The position numbers were made by a program, and so were the translations under genes. DNA of 64,000 nt from Pristiophorus japonicus (lineage: Eukaryota): assembly GCF_044704955.1 (NCBI RefSeq), contig NC_091993.1, positions 117,180,001-117,244,000 of the forward strand, written 5' to 3'. The stretch's first letter is position 1. Every line of letters begins with the position of its first letter. The notes below the pieces were generated by a model, which saw nothing but the letters and a program-made list of their open reading frames with translations, was not told the origin of the DNA and ran no database searches. Below are positions 49,409 to 61,171 of the stretch, piece by piece.

Positions 49409-50990
49409 TGTTATGTATTGATGTGTGCATCATCCTGGTACCTTAAATGTAATGTAAGCACTATGCCACACCACAGAGGGCGCTGTGGTGGGAAACCTGG
49501 AAGTGCCTGCAACAGGCGCTATAAAAGGCTGACCACCACACCTGAGAGGCACTCTGGAGCTGAACAATAAAGGACGAAGGTCACAGCAGTTAGATTTACA
49601 CCAGACCGTGTGGAGTCAGGGATTTGCTGGCACCCGGGAGCGCCAGTGACAAGTCATACGAGGAGCTGACTGAACTCATTCGTGACCAGTTGAAACCGAA
49701 GGAGAGCATCCTCACGGCCAGATACAAATTTTACCATCACTGCAGACCTGAGGGCCAGGATATCACTAAATATGCTGCGGACCTCAGGAGACTCGCGGCG
49801 CCGTGTGATTTTGGCGCATATCTTGACGAGGCTTTGCGGGATGTTTTCGTCATGGGGATTGGCCATGAGGGCCTCCTTCACAAGCTGCTAGCCACGGAAC
49901 CCACAGTCACTCTGACAAAGGCCATTACCATCAGCCGGGCATATATGACCTCGACTTGCAGCACCAAGCAAATAATCCACACAGTCTCGTACCCGGCAGG
50001 CACTGTCCACAGGATAGCGCCCACCACGGACAAAACTGCAGAACGTGGCTCTGCCCGGGGCAGAGAGTATGGACCTCGGGGTCCTGGAACTCAGAGTCCG
50101 CTGAGGGGGGCCAATCAAGCAGCATCAGGCTGGCGTTGTGGAGGAAGCCATGGGGCTCACCGGTGCAGGTTTGCGGAGTACACGTGCAATAACTGCCACG
50201 TTAAAGGCCACCTTCAGCGTATGTGTAAAAGAAATCGGAGTCACCATGTGGCTGAGGAGATGAGGGATGATCCATCATCCAGCGAGGGGCAGGCAGAAGA
50301 TGATGAGGTGTTGGAGCTGTACACGTGTACTGACGATTCGCCCCCAGTGATAAGGGAAGTAAAAATCAACAGAGTCCCTGTGAGTATGGAAGTGGACACG
50401 GGCTCGGGTCCGTCGTTGATGAGTCGGAGAACTTTTGATAAACTATGGATTAACCCAGCTGCACGACCCAAGCTGGTCCCGGTCACAGCGAAGCTGCGTA
50501 CCTACACCAGGGAACTGATACCTGTTCTTGGCAGAGCGATGGTGCAGGTATCCCACGGGGACGAGACGCACGGTTTACCTTTGTGGGTCGTTGCAGGCGA
50601 TAGGCCGACACTCCTCGGCCGGAGGTGGATGGGGACGGTCCGTGGGAGCTGGGAAGACTTCACCACTCCACAGGCTGCTGCTCCCCGGGGTGCTGCCGTG
50701 CCCCGGGTCCCCAGAGAGCAGCGCCGACCGAGCTGGAGCTGCAGCCTCAATCCACCCACAGGCAAGCACCAGCCCCGGACCTCACACAGAGATCCTGCAG
50801 CCTCAGCCCCCACAGGCAAGCAGCCCTGCAGAGAGGGGCCTAGTGGTGGGGGGGGGGGGGGGAGGTGGTGAGACGGCGGGGCGCTGCGGGCGGGGTGCGA
50901 GGGATCCAGGATGGCCGGCGGATCGGAGGGGCCCACGCAGAGGGAGAGTCGGGCGGCGGCAGCAGCTGGAGGTCGGCGGCCATGACTCTG
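49409..50990 (+). mobile_element. Truncated Gypsy element (5' LTR fused to gag-protease; no RT or 3' LTR)
   Basis: LTR starts TGTTATG with TATAAAA and AATAAA. ORF 49624-50871 has gag (YAADLRRLAAPCDF), CCHC knuckles and protease VDTGS. Confidence 0.88.
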
Positions 50991-53070
50991 GCAGGCCGTC
51001 TCAGTAGGTCTTCAGAAATGCCTGGGCAGAGGTGGCTGTGGAGGTCTTGGGGAACCTCAATACGTGACCGTGCGACCATTCAGTGGTGGAAAAGGTTTAA
51101 CGACATCACTCGATTGGTGAAAGTGATTACATGTTCCCCCAACTCCTGACCTTTGATCTCCGAGCTGCTTCTTCACCAATTCTTATTTTCCATCGTATCC
51201 ATTTGAGTGGTGAGGCATCTATATCTAATATGTGCAGACTCACAATTGAGGGGCCCTTTTATTTGAGCCTTACCCTTGCATCTAATGGAGCGCTACACGT
51301 ATTAATTGCTGATGTGTCATTACACTGCTACTCACCAACCTTTCTTTGCTTTGCTGTTGAAGATGACACATAACCAGATGGAATGACAGAGGACTGGTGT
51401 TGGAGAGGCCGAGCTCCAGCAGTTAACCGACATAGAGGAAAGGGTCCTGCAGCTAATGGGCCCACAGGTTGCCTGCCAAGTGGCCACAGGCAACGTGGAT
51501 CCTATTGGGGGCAGCATCGGTAAGTGAAGGCTTTCCTTTAATGCCCGTCTAGCTGTGAAGGTCCAAATGCCTATCAGTCAATTGGTGAGGAATGTGTGCA
51601 ACTTGGTTGCTGCATGGTGCACCGCGCTACCTCACCCTCACGGAACCCTTGTCCCATTTATGCTTTCAGATAATACTCTGAATATGAGCCAGTCTGAAAC
51701 TGAGACCCATGAGCCAAGCGTCACTGCTTTTTGCTTCCCCACGCACCAGCTCAGATACTGGGAGTACGCGGTTGTTGCAGTTTAACTTAGGAGAGGGGTC
51801 TACACTGGGTGATGCACCGGGGCCGAGCGGGCTGCATCATGGTCAAGGGCAAAGGGAACCTCAGGAGCCAGCTCTCTGGAGGGTGAGTTCGCACGTGAGT
51901 TCTGCTGGAGAGGACTCAGATGAGCACCTCAATGTGGAGGTGTTCGAACAAAGGGTTGCTGGCCGTGCACTCGGACATGTTGGGGGCAATGTCAAGGTTG
52001 CCCGAGAGCCTGTTGCAAGTGGTTAGGGCCGTGGAAGAGTCTGCCTCCCACATTGCAGACAGCTCTGCGCACATCATGGAGCCCATCATTGCCAGTGTGC
52101 AGTCGATGGACTCCCAGAGTGACCGTGCAGATCCAGCTCTCATGACACGTGTCATGGGCGATGTGGTAGCTGCCATAACAGCACAGGCGGAAGTGACCCA
52201 ATGTCTCAATGCTATATTGGAGAGGAAGGCCGCTGGTGTGGATGCTCAGACTGCACTCATGCAATCTCAGCAACAGGCCACCGCAGCGGCTTACTGCTGT
52301 CATGGAGTCAGTGTCCAGCGGCATCGAGTCGGTGACTGCTCTCATGGGTCCATAAGAACATAACATAAGAATTAGGAACAGGAGTAGGCCATCTAGCCCC
52401 TCGAGCCTGCTCCGCCATTCAACAAGATCATGGCTGAGATCAACCGTGGACTCAGCTCCACTTACCCGCCCGCTCCCCACAACCCTTAATTCCCTTATTG
52501 GTTAAAAATCTATCTATCTGTGACTTGAATACATTCAATGAGCTAGCCTCAACTGCTTCCTTGGGCAGAGAATTCCACAGATTCACAACCCTCTGGGAGA
52601 AGAAATTCCTTCTCAACTCGGTTTTAAATTGGCTCCCCCGTATTTTGAGGCTGTGCCCCCTAGTTCTCGTCTCCCCGACCAGTGGAAACTACCTCTCCGC
52701 CTCTATCTTGTCTATCCCTTTCATTATTTTAAATGTTTCTATAAGATCACCCCTCATCCTTCTGAACTCCAACGAGTAAAGACCCAGTCTACTCAATCTA
52801 TCATCATAAGGTAACCCCCTCATCTCCGGAATCAGCCTAGTGAATCATCTCTCTGTACCCCCTCCAAAGCTAGTATATCCTTCCTTAAGTAAGGTGACCA
52901 AAACTGCATGCAGTACTCCAGGTGCGGCCTCACCAATACCCTGTACAGTTGCAGCAGGACCTCCCTGCTTTTGTACTCCATTCCTCTCGCAATGAAGGCC
53001 AACATTCCATTCGCCTTCCTGATTACCTGCTGCACCTGCAAACTAACTTTTTGGGATTCATGCACAAGGA

Positions 53071-54451
53071 AACTTGGGGGGTGCCAGGACCGCCCTCCGG
53101 GAGCTGCCTGTCTTTTACAGGGAACTCATCAGGGTCTGGAACAAAGTCTCCACCAAGCGCAGCTCTCCGCCGGCTGGAGTGGCGGCCGTCCTGCAGGAAC
53201 CGCTGCTCGGGAATCCGTACCTCCACGGCCGAGGTTTTATGTGGCGGTCGGAAGAGAGGGCTGTGGCTGGTGAGGTGACCAGGGTCAGGGACCTGCTCGA
53301 TGGCGGAGGAGCGGGCTGGATGGCGCCAGACACGCTGGCGCGGCGCCTAAATTCTGCCAACGTCCGCCACGCGGCCGATGCCATCGAGTCGCTAAAAACA
53401 GCTCTGGGCCCTGACTCCGTTAGGTGCATCGAGGAGGCTCAAGCACGTGGGGAGATCCCGTCCGAACTGACCCCCGTCCGGACGGAATTCCTCATCGGCG
53501 CCAAACCCCGGAACCTCCCTCGGGGGCCGGCGCCTCACAACTTGAGCCGCCTCGGGGAAATCCCCTCCGTGCCTTTCAGTTCCGCGCGGAGGGGTTTCCT
53601 GTACGGGCTGCTTCTGCACACCCTCAACTTTGCCATCCTCGCCGGCCGTCCGGACACGCCATGGCGTACCATCTTGCCGTCCGGAGGAGGCGGGGGTCCC
53701 CGATGGAGGGCCCTCTACGCAGGGGTCCTCCCACTATTCATCGGGGACTTGGCCTGGAGGGTGGTGCACGGAGCAGTGCCGTGCAACAAATTTTTAAGCC
53801 GGTTCACGGACTCCCAGGCCGCCTGCAATTTCTGCGGTCTGGAAGAGTCCGTGTTCCATGTTTTTATGGAATGCACAAGGTTGCAGCCCCTGTTTTATTA
53901 TTTGAAGGGGCTGCTCCTGAAATTCTGGCTGCACTTCAGTCCCACTCTCCTGATCTTTGGGCACCCTGTGCGGAGGGGAGCGGGTAGGTCCGAAGGCCTC
54001 CTCGTAGGACTGCTCCTGGGCACGGCCAAGGGTGCCATCAGCCGGTCCAGGCAGCGGGCGGTCGAGGGGGTCGTTCAACCTGACTGCCTGCCTCTCTTCC
54101 GCTCTTACATCCGGTCCAGGGTGTCCTTGGAGATGGAGCAAGCGGTGTCCACCGGTACGCTCGCGGCCTTCCGCGAGAGGTGGGCACCGGAGGGACTGGA
54201 GTGCATCATCACGCCCGGCAACCAAATTTTAATTTGATTTTACGTTTTTAAGTTTAATTTGTTTTAATTGCCGGTGCTTTTAGTGTCCCCCTTCCCTTTT
54301 ATAGGGGGCACTGGAAAAATTTGATTTTAGCGCCCCAAAAAAAAAACCAAAAACCAAAAAAAAAAGGGGCCTTGAAAATGTCTGCTGTGTCACCCAGGTC
54401 GGGTGGCATGGTTTTAATGTTTTATGTTTTTGCAGGTTAACTCAAAAGAGT
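53071..54451 (+). mobile_element. Tx1-clade (L1 superfamily) non-LTR retrotransposon, 5'-truncated copy 1
   Basis: Uninterrupted GC-rich 387-codon ORF2 C-terminus with DLAWRVVHGAVPCN and the zinc knuckle CNFCGLEESVFHVFMEC; 14-bp TSD TTCATGCACAAGGA (53057-53070 / 54452-54465). Confidence 0.9.
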
Positions 54452-54465
54452 TTCATGCACAAGGA

Positions 54466-54841
54466 GCTCTTACATCCGGTCCAGGGTGTCCTTGGAGATG
54501 GAGCACGCGGTGTCCACCGGTACGCTCGCGGCCTTCCGCGAGAGGTGGGCACCGGAGGGACTGGAGTGCATCATCACGCCCGGCAACCAAATTTTAATTT
54601 GATTTTACGTTTTTAAGTTTAATTTGTTTTAATTGCCGGTGCTTTTAGTGTCCCCCTTCCCTTTTATAGGGGGCACTGGGGAAAATTGTGATTCTAGTGC
54701 CCAAAAAAAAACCAAAAAAAAGAAAGAAAAAAAAAAAGGGGGGGGAAAAAAAAAAAAGGGCCTTGTAAATGTCTGGAGTGTCACCCAGGTCGGGTGGCAC
54801 CGTTTAATGTCTTTATGTTTTGCAGGTAAACTCAAAAGAGT
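54466..54841 (+). mobile_element. Tx1-clade element, shorter copy 2, head-to-tail with copy 1
   Basis: Last 45 or so codons of ORF2 plus the 3' UTR; same TSD at 54452-54465 / 54842-54855. Confidence 0.9.
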
Positions 54842-57800
54842 TTCATGCACAAGGACCCCCAGGTCCCTCTGCACCTCAGCATGTTGTAATTTCTCCCCAT
54901 TCAAATAATATTCCCTTTTACTGTTTTTTTTTCCCAAGGTGGATGACCTCACACTTTCCGACATTGTATTCCATCTGCCAAACCTTAGCCCATTCGTTTA
55001 ACCTATCTAAATCTCTTTGCAGCCTCTCTGTGTCTTCTACACAACCCGCTTTCCCACTAATCTTTGTGTTATCTGCAAATTTTGTTACACTACACTCTGT
55101 CCCCTCTTCCAGGTCATCTATGTATATTGTAAACAGTTGTGGTCCCAGCACCGATCCCTGTGGCACACCACTAACCACCGATTTCCAACCCGAAAAGGAC
55201 CTATTTATCCCGACTCTCTGCTTTCTGTTCGCCAGCCAATTTTCTATCCATTCTAATACATTTCCTCTGACTCCGCGTACCTTTATCTTCTGCAGTAACC
55301 TTTTGTGTGGCACCTTATCGAATGCCTTTTGGAAATCTAAATACACCACATCCATCGGTACACCTCTATCCACCATGCTCATTATATCCTCAAAGAATTC
55401 CAGTAAATTAGTTACACATGATTTCCCCTTCATGAATCCATGCTGCGTCTGCTTGATTGCACTATTCCTATCTAGATGTCCCGCTATTTCTTCCTTAATG
55501 ATAGTTTCAAGCATTTTCCCCACTACAGGTGTTAAACTAACCGGCCTATAGTTACCTGCCTTTTGTCTGCCCCCTTTTTTAAACAGAGGCGTTACATTAG
55601 CTGCTTTCAAATCCACTGGTACCTCCCCAGAATCCAGAGAATTTTGGTAGATTATAACGAATGCATCTGCTATAACTTCCGCCATCTCTTTCAATACCCT
55701 GGGATGCATTTCATCAGGACCAGGGGACTTGTCTACCTTGAGTCCCATTGTCCAGCACTACCCTGCCCTAGTGATAGTGATTATCTCAAGGTCCTCCCTT
55801 CCCACATTCCCGTGACCAGTAATTTTTGGCATGGTTTTTGTGTCTTCCACTGTGAAGACCGAAGCAAAATAATTGTTTAAAGTCTCAGCCATTTCCACAT
55901 TTCCCATTATTAAATCCCCCTTCTCATCTTCGAAGGGACCAACATTTACTTTAGTCACTCTTCGGTTTTATATATCTGTAAAAGCTTTTACTATCTGTTT
56001 TTATGTTTTACGCAAGTTTACCTTCGTAACCTATCTTTCCTTTCTTTATTGCTTTTTTAGTCATTCTTTGCTGTTGTTTAAAATTTTCCCAATTTTCTAG
56101 TTTCCCACTAACCTTGGCCACCTTATACGCATTGGTCTTTGATTTGATACTCTCCTTTATTTCCTTGGTTATCCACGGCTGGTTATCCCTTCTCTTACCA
56201 CCCTTCTTTTTCACCGGAATATATTTTTGCTGTGCACTATGAAAGAGCTCCTTAAAAGTCCTCCACTGTTCCTCAATTGTGTCACCGTTTAGTCTGTGTT
56301 TCCAGTCTACTTTAGCCAACTCTGCCTTCATCCCACTGTAGTCCCCTTTGTTTAAGCATAGTACGCTCGTTTCTGACACAACTTCCTCATCCTCAATCTG
56401 TATTACAAATTCAACCATACTGTGATCACTCATTCTGAGAGGATCTTTTACTAGGAGATCGTTTATATTTCCTGTCTCATTACACAGGACCAGATCTAAG
56501 ATAGCTTGCTCCCTTGTAGGTTCTGTAACATACTGTTCTAAGAAACAATCCCGTATGCATTCTATGAATTCCTCCTCCAGGCTACCCCGTGCGATTTGAG
56601 TTGACCAATCAATATGTAGGTTAAAATCCCCCATGACTACTGCCATTCCTTTTTCACATGCCTCCATTATTCCCTTGATTATTGCCCGCCCCACCGTGAA
56701 GTTATTATTTGGGGGCCTATAAACTATGCCCATCAGTGACTTTTTCCCCTTACTAAATGATTCAACATTTTGTTAATTAGAGCCAATATCGTCTCTCACA
56801 ACTGCCCTGATATCATCCTTTATTAACAGAGCTGTCCCACCTCCTTTCCCTTCTTGTCTATCTTTCCGAATTGTCAGATACCCCTGTATGTTTAATTCCC
56901 AGTGTTGGCCACCCTGCAACCATGTTTCTGTAATGGCCACCAAATCATACCCATTTGTAATGATTTGTGCCATCAACTCAACTACTTTATTTTGAATGCT
57001 GTGTGCGTTTAGGTAGAGTGTTTTAATCCGAGTTTTTAAACCATGATTTTTAGTTTTGACCCCTCCTGCAGCCCCTTTATATTCAGTGGCCCTTTTTGTT
57101 TTTTGCCTTGGGTTTCTCTGCCCTCCACTTTTACTCATCTCCTTTCTGTCTTTTGCTTTTGTCTTCTTTTTGTTTCCCTCTGTCTCCCTGCATTGGTTCC
57201 CATCCCCCTACCATATTAGTTTAACTCCTCCCCAACAGCACTAGCAAACACTTCCCCGAGGACATTGGTTCCGGTCCTGCCCAGGTGCAGACCGTCCGGT
57301 TTGTACTGGTCCCACCACCCCCAGAACCTGTTCCAATGCCCCAGGAATTTGAATCCCTCCCTGCTGCACCACTGCTCAAGCCACGTATTCATCTGCGCTA
57401 TCCTGCGATTCCTACTCTGACTAGCACGTGGCACTGGTAGCAATCCCGAGATTACTACTTTTGAGGTCCTACTTTTTAATTTAGCTCCTAGCTCCTTAAA
57501 TTCATCTCGTAGGACCTCATCCCTTTTTTTACCTATGTCGTTGGTACCAATGTGCACCACGACAACTGGCTGTTCTCCCTCCCTTTTTAGAATGTCCTGC
57601 ACCCGCTCCAAGACATCCTTGACCCTTGCACCAGGGAGGCAACATACCATCCTGGAGTCTCGGTTGTGGCCGCAGAAACGCCTATCTATTCCCCTTACAA
57701 TTGAATCCCTTATCACTATCGCTCTCCCACTCTTTTTCCTGCCCTCCTGTGCAGCAGAGCCAGCCTCGGTGCCATGAACTTGGCTGCTGCTGCCCTCCCC

Positions 57801-58563
57801 TGATGAGTCATCCCCCTCAACAGTACTCAAAACGGTGTATCTGTTTTGCAGGGGGATGACCGCAGGGGACCCCTGCACTACCTTCCTTGCACTGCTCTTC
57901 CTGCTGGTCTTCCATTCCCTAGCTGGTTGTGGACCCTTCGCCTGTGGTAAGACCAGCTCGCTGCACGTGCCACTCACGTCATTCTCAGCATCGTGGATGC
58001 TCCAGAGTGAATCCACCCTCAGCTCCAATTCCGCAACGGTCAACCGGGGATCTCACGGTGTCTCGGCAGCGCACCCAACTGCGCTCCAGCAGATTGTTGG
58101 GGATGCTGAGGTGCTGCCCTGGGGGCGTGGTGGCGGGTCACTGGAGTAGGAACCTTTTTCTGCTCTCTCAGGATCACAGCGTTCCTGATCCCAGCTCTGC
58201 CACTCCATCACTGCAGCCAGTCACGGCTTGCACCCAGGCAGTCCAGACTGATGGCGCCAAGGCTGAGGGGGGGCCAGTCTGCAGCCGGAACTTCCAGGGC
58301 CAGAGCTGGTTGAGGGCAACCAACAAGGACACCTTCAGCGCTTGCAGGTGAAACACAGCAGCCTTCCAGCAGCCATGCTGCAGCCACAGGAGAGACACTG
58401 CGGTGCAGTTGCAGAATAGGTAGGTGTAAGAGGGGTTATAAGGAATTGCACAAGGGTGATTGGTAATGCTGATGTTGTGTTTTTGGCACCTTATTGGCAT
58501 ATTCATCTTTATTTGGATTTTCAATATCTGTGCAGGTCTCTGATTTCAGTGTGGGGGATGATG

Positions 58564-60073
58564 TCATTTGCCCCTGGGGATGAAGCTGGCAGTGCCGAAC
58601 AACTCAGTGGAAACGAGCAGCAATGAGATGGTCTCGGACTTCCTTTGCAGGCTCAGGATGGCAACGCTGCNNNNNNNNNNNNNNNNNNNNNNNNNNNNNN
58701 NNNNNNNNNNNNNNNNNNNNNNNNNNNNNNNNNNNNNNNNNNNNNNNNNNNNNNNNNNNNNNNNNNNNNNNNNNNNNNNNNNNNNNNNNNNNNNNNNNNN
58801 NNNNNNNNNNNNNNNNNNNGCTGCTATGGCTTCGTTGTTGGCCAATAGCTGTGCCCTCATGGTTGCCAGGTTGTGAAGCATGCGGCAGACGAAGGCGAAC
58901 AGGGACACCCGCTCATGCGAGCACTACAGCACTCCTCCTGAGCGATCGAGGCATCGGATCTTCTGTTTAAGGATTCCGATAGTCTGCTCAATGATGGACC
59001 TGGTGGCCGTATGAGACTGATGGGATTGCTTTGCAGCAGTTGTGGGGTGGTGAAGGGGAGTCAGCAGCCAAGTGCAGAGTGGATAGCTCTTGTCTCCACA
59101 ATCTTGCTTTGGGGCATCAAACACGCCTGGCACACCGGTCTGCCGCAGGATGAAAGCATCATGGCTGCTGCCAGGATACTGGCCATCAATGGCCATGATT
59201 TGGCGGATGTGGTCGCACACCAACTGGACATTGAGGGAGTGTATCCCTCGCGGTTACGGAACATCTCAGGATTGTTGTGCGGTACCCTCAGTAACACGTG
59301 GTTGCAGATTATGGCGCCTTGAACCCTGGGGAAGCCCACTATCCAGAAGAAGCCAGTGTACCACTCCAACTGCTTCGCTCTGGTCATTGGAAAGGAGATG
59401 TAGTCTCCTCCTCTTATGCAGAGCATCTGTCACCTGATGTTTGAGATGTCTGCTGTTGCACCTTGAAAAGTGGCATAGATATTCAGGGAGAGCATCACCT
59501 TTGAAGCCATTGACAGAGCTGTCCTCAATCTTGTTTGAGGCTGCAGGTCTGGCTGCAGGAGAGTGCACAGCTCCGTTACTAGGTCTTTTCGGAATCGCAT
59601 TCTCGAGACACTGGTCATCAGTCAGGTCCATGTAGGAGAACTGTTGTCTGAAGACCCTTAGATGATAGGGCCTTCTGCCCCCACGGCAGTGTATGCATCT
59701 TCCTCTGACACCTGCCTCATTCCCTTCCTCCTCCTGCTCATGTTGGTCCTGACCCTCCATACCCTGGTGCTCGCAAACATCTGGCTCCTGTTGTTGCTGC
59801 CTTCTCTCCATCTCCCTCACCCTGTGGTGCTGGGGATCTACGTCCCTGACCCTGCTCCTCGCAGCAGGCCTTTCGCCATGTCCTTCCCGGTGTACCTCTC
59901 TATTTTGAGGTATGTCGCCATCTCCATGGCTTTCTCCATCTCGCTGACCGATTACACCTGGGACTCCCGCCCGCTGCCTCCCCATCTGGTGTTGGTGGCA
60001 CCGCCTTCTCCTGCGATCCTCCCTGCCACGTATAATGTGGAGGAGGCATTCCGCAACCAGCATTGAGCCCATT
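58564..60073 (-). pseudogene. Harbinger transposase (HARBI1-like), frameshifted
   Basis: RMRFRK..ELC..L, GFPRVQGAI.CNHV, YPGSSHDAFIL, DKSYP..WLLTP, TRSIIEQTIGILKQKIRCLD, CRMLHN. Confidence 0.92.
58671..58819. other. Assembly gap or masked run (149 N)
   Basis: Run of N, located where the low-complexity acidic C-terminal stretch of the transposase is expected (compare 215-255). Confidence 0.99.
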
Positions 60074-61171
60074 TTTGGGAACCCCATTGGCCTACTGTGC
60101 AAATACAACCAGCGTTCTGCCTTGCAGACTATGAAAAACCCAGGCCCACTAATCCACCCAACTTTCCAAATTTTAAACAGTGAAAATAAATTTGGCCGAC
60201 AACAATGGTGCGAGCTGTAGCATGCCTTTAAATCCCGCTGGCCGTCTCGATTCGCCGCCATCCCTCCCCCCCCCACCCCAGCTCAAAGAAAACTGTCGCT
60301 GGCCCCGACAAGCCAATTTGAGGGCAATTTGGCCTCCGGGGCGGAGCCGAGGCGGTGCGCGGTTTGATGACATCGTTAGTGATGCATATGCAGGAGCGGG
60401 GCGGAGATGGGGGGAGCAGAGCGATGACATTCTTTGCTGGGAAAATCAACGAGGGCAATTGTCGGCGACTCCGTGCCGGCTGAGCGGTGAGGACTTTCCG
60501 CACCATTGCTGTCTCGTTCAGGTGGTGATGGCTCTGAAATAAAGGGGCATTTTCAGTCCCTTAGTTCCTTATTAATGTTGGGAAAATTTATTGCAAAAAT
60601 GTATATTAGAACAAGTAAAATTAGATCTTGCTCTCTGTTTAAATTGTTAGAATAGACATTTTGTTTTAGTGTCTGAATGTTAACGGTATGTAAGTTTGTT
60701 ACATTAGAGAAGGAGTGAGCCTTCACCTACTTTACATGATGCCACCGAAAGTAGTCAAAGTGGTTAATAGGTTGTGTAGCTTTTAATAGCTTCATCTTTT
60801 GCTGTGTCGCAATCATAAAAGTTTCCAGTGCTGGAAGGTACTGGGTATTGTATACACATTGCAGAAGTCGGCAGACTTCGCTGTTGTACTAATGGATAAC
60901 CTTTTGTATTCTGCTATAAGAAAGAAAGAACTTGCATTTATGTCATTCTTGTTGTTCTTCTTAATATGCATCCTCTTCTATCCAACTCAGTCTCCATAGA
61001 TTTTATAATAAATGGATAAAATAATGATTGTGGCATTCCATCTGTAAGAAAACACTTCCTCAAGCGCAGCAGGTAGAGAGACACAGAATGGGGTCATGGG
61101 GGAGAAGGACTAACATATAGGAGTGAAACGGGGCACAGTGCAAAATATTGAGAATGAAAATCGAACAATGT

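Larger units (their letters stand above)
52351..58037 (-). mobile_element. Near full-length CR1 (subfamily c): ORF1 SGNH esterase + ORF2 EN/RT, interrupted by Tx1
   Basis: ORF1 57216-58043 (I.DS, VVHIGTND, DGLH); EN 56773-57138 and 56008-56733; RT 54918-55748; (TTCTTATG)n tail at 52351. Confidence 0.95.
49315..58420 (+). pseudogene. Harbinger Myb/SANT-like (MSANTD/NAIF1-type) gene, split by insertions
   Basis: MASGKVSSRASRFSDAQTESLVAGVE (49315), RNAWAEVAVEV..QWWKRFNDITRLVK (about 51010-51122), HNQME*QRTGVG..LTDIEERVLQLMG (about 51365). Confidence 0.8.
48996..60560. mobile_element. Autonomous-type PIF/Harbinger DNA transposon (decayed) with nested Gypsy, CR1 and two Tx1 insertions
   Basis: Imperfect TIRs GGGGACAAAATTGCC / GGCATTTTCAGTCCC, flanked by TTA on both sides; convergent Myb/SANT-like and transposase genes inside. 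Confidence 0.88.

Noticed and set aside
54102-54855. Second Tx1 piece as a simple tandem duplication
   Set aside because: It starts exactly after a full TSD, has its own truncation point, and differs at multiple 3' UTR sites although the family looks young. Independent insertion fits better, though duplication is not formally excluded.
59266-60276. 336-aa ORF as a novel host gene or domesticated HARBI1
   Set aside because: It is the N-terminal part of a frameshifted transposase inside TIRs with a TSD; catalytic regions are broken.
60780-60900. Possible decayed IgV F-strand (SSAGRYW)
   Set aside because: No Cys after YW and no B-strand Cys or C-strand Trp in a compatible frame; insufficient support.
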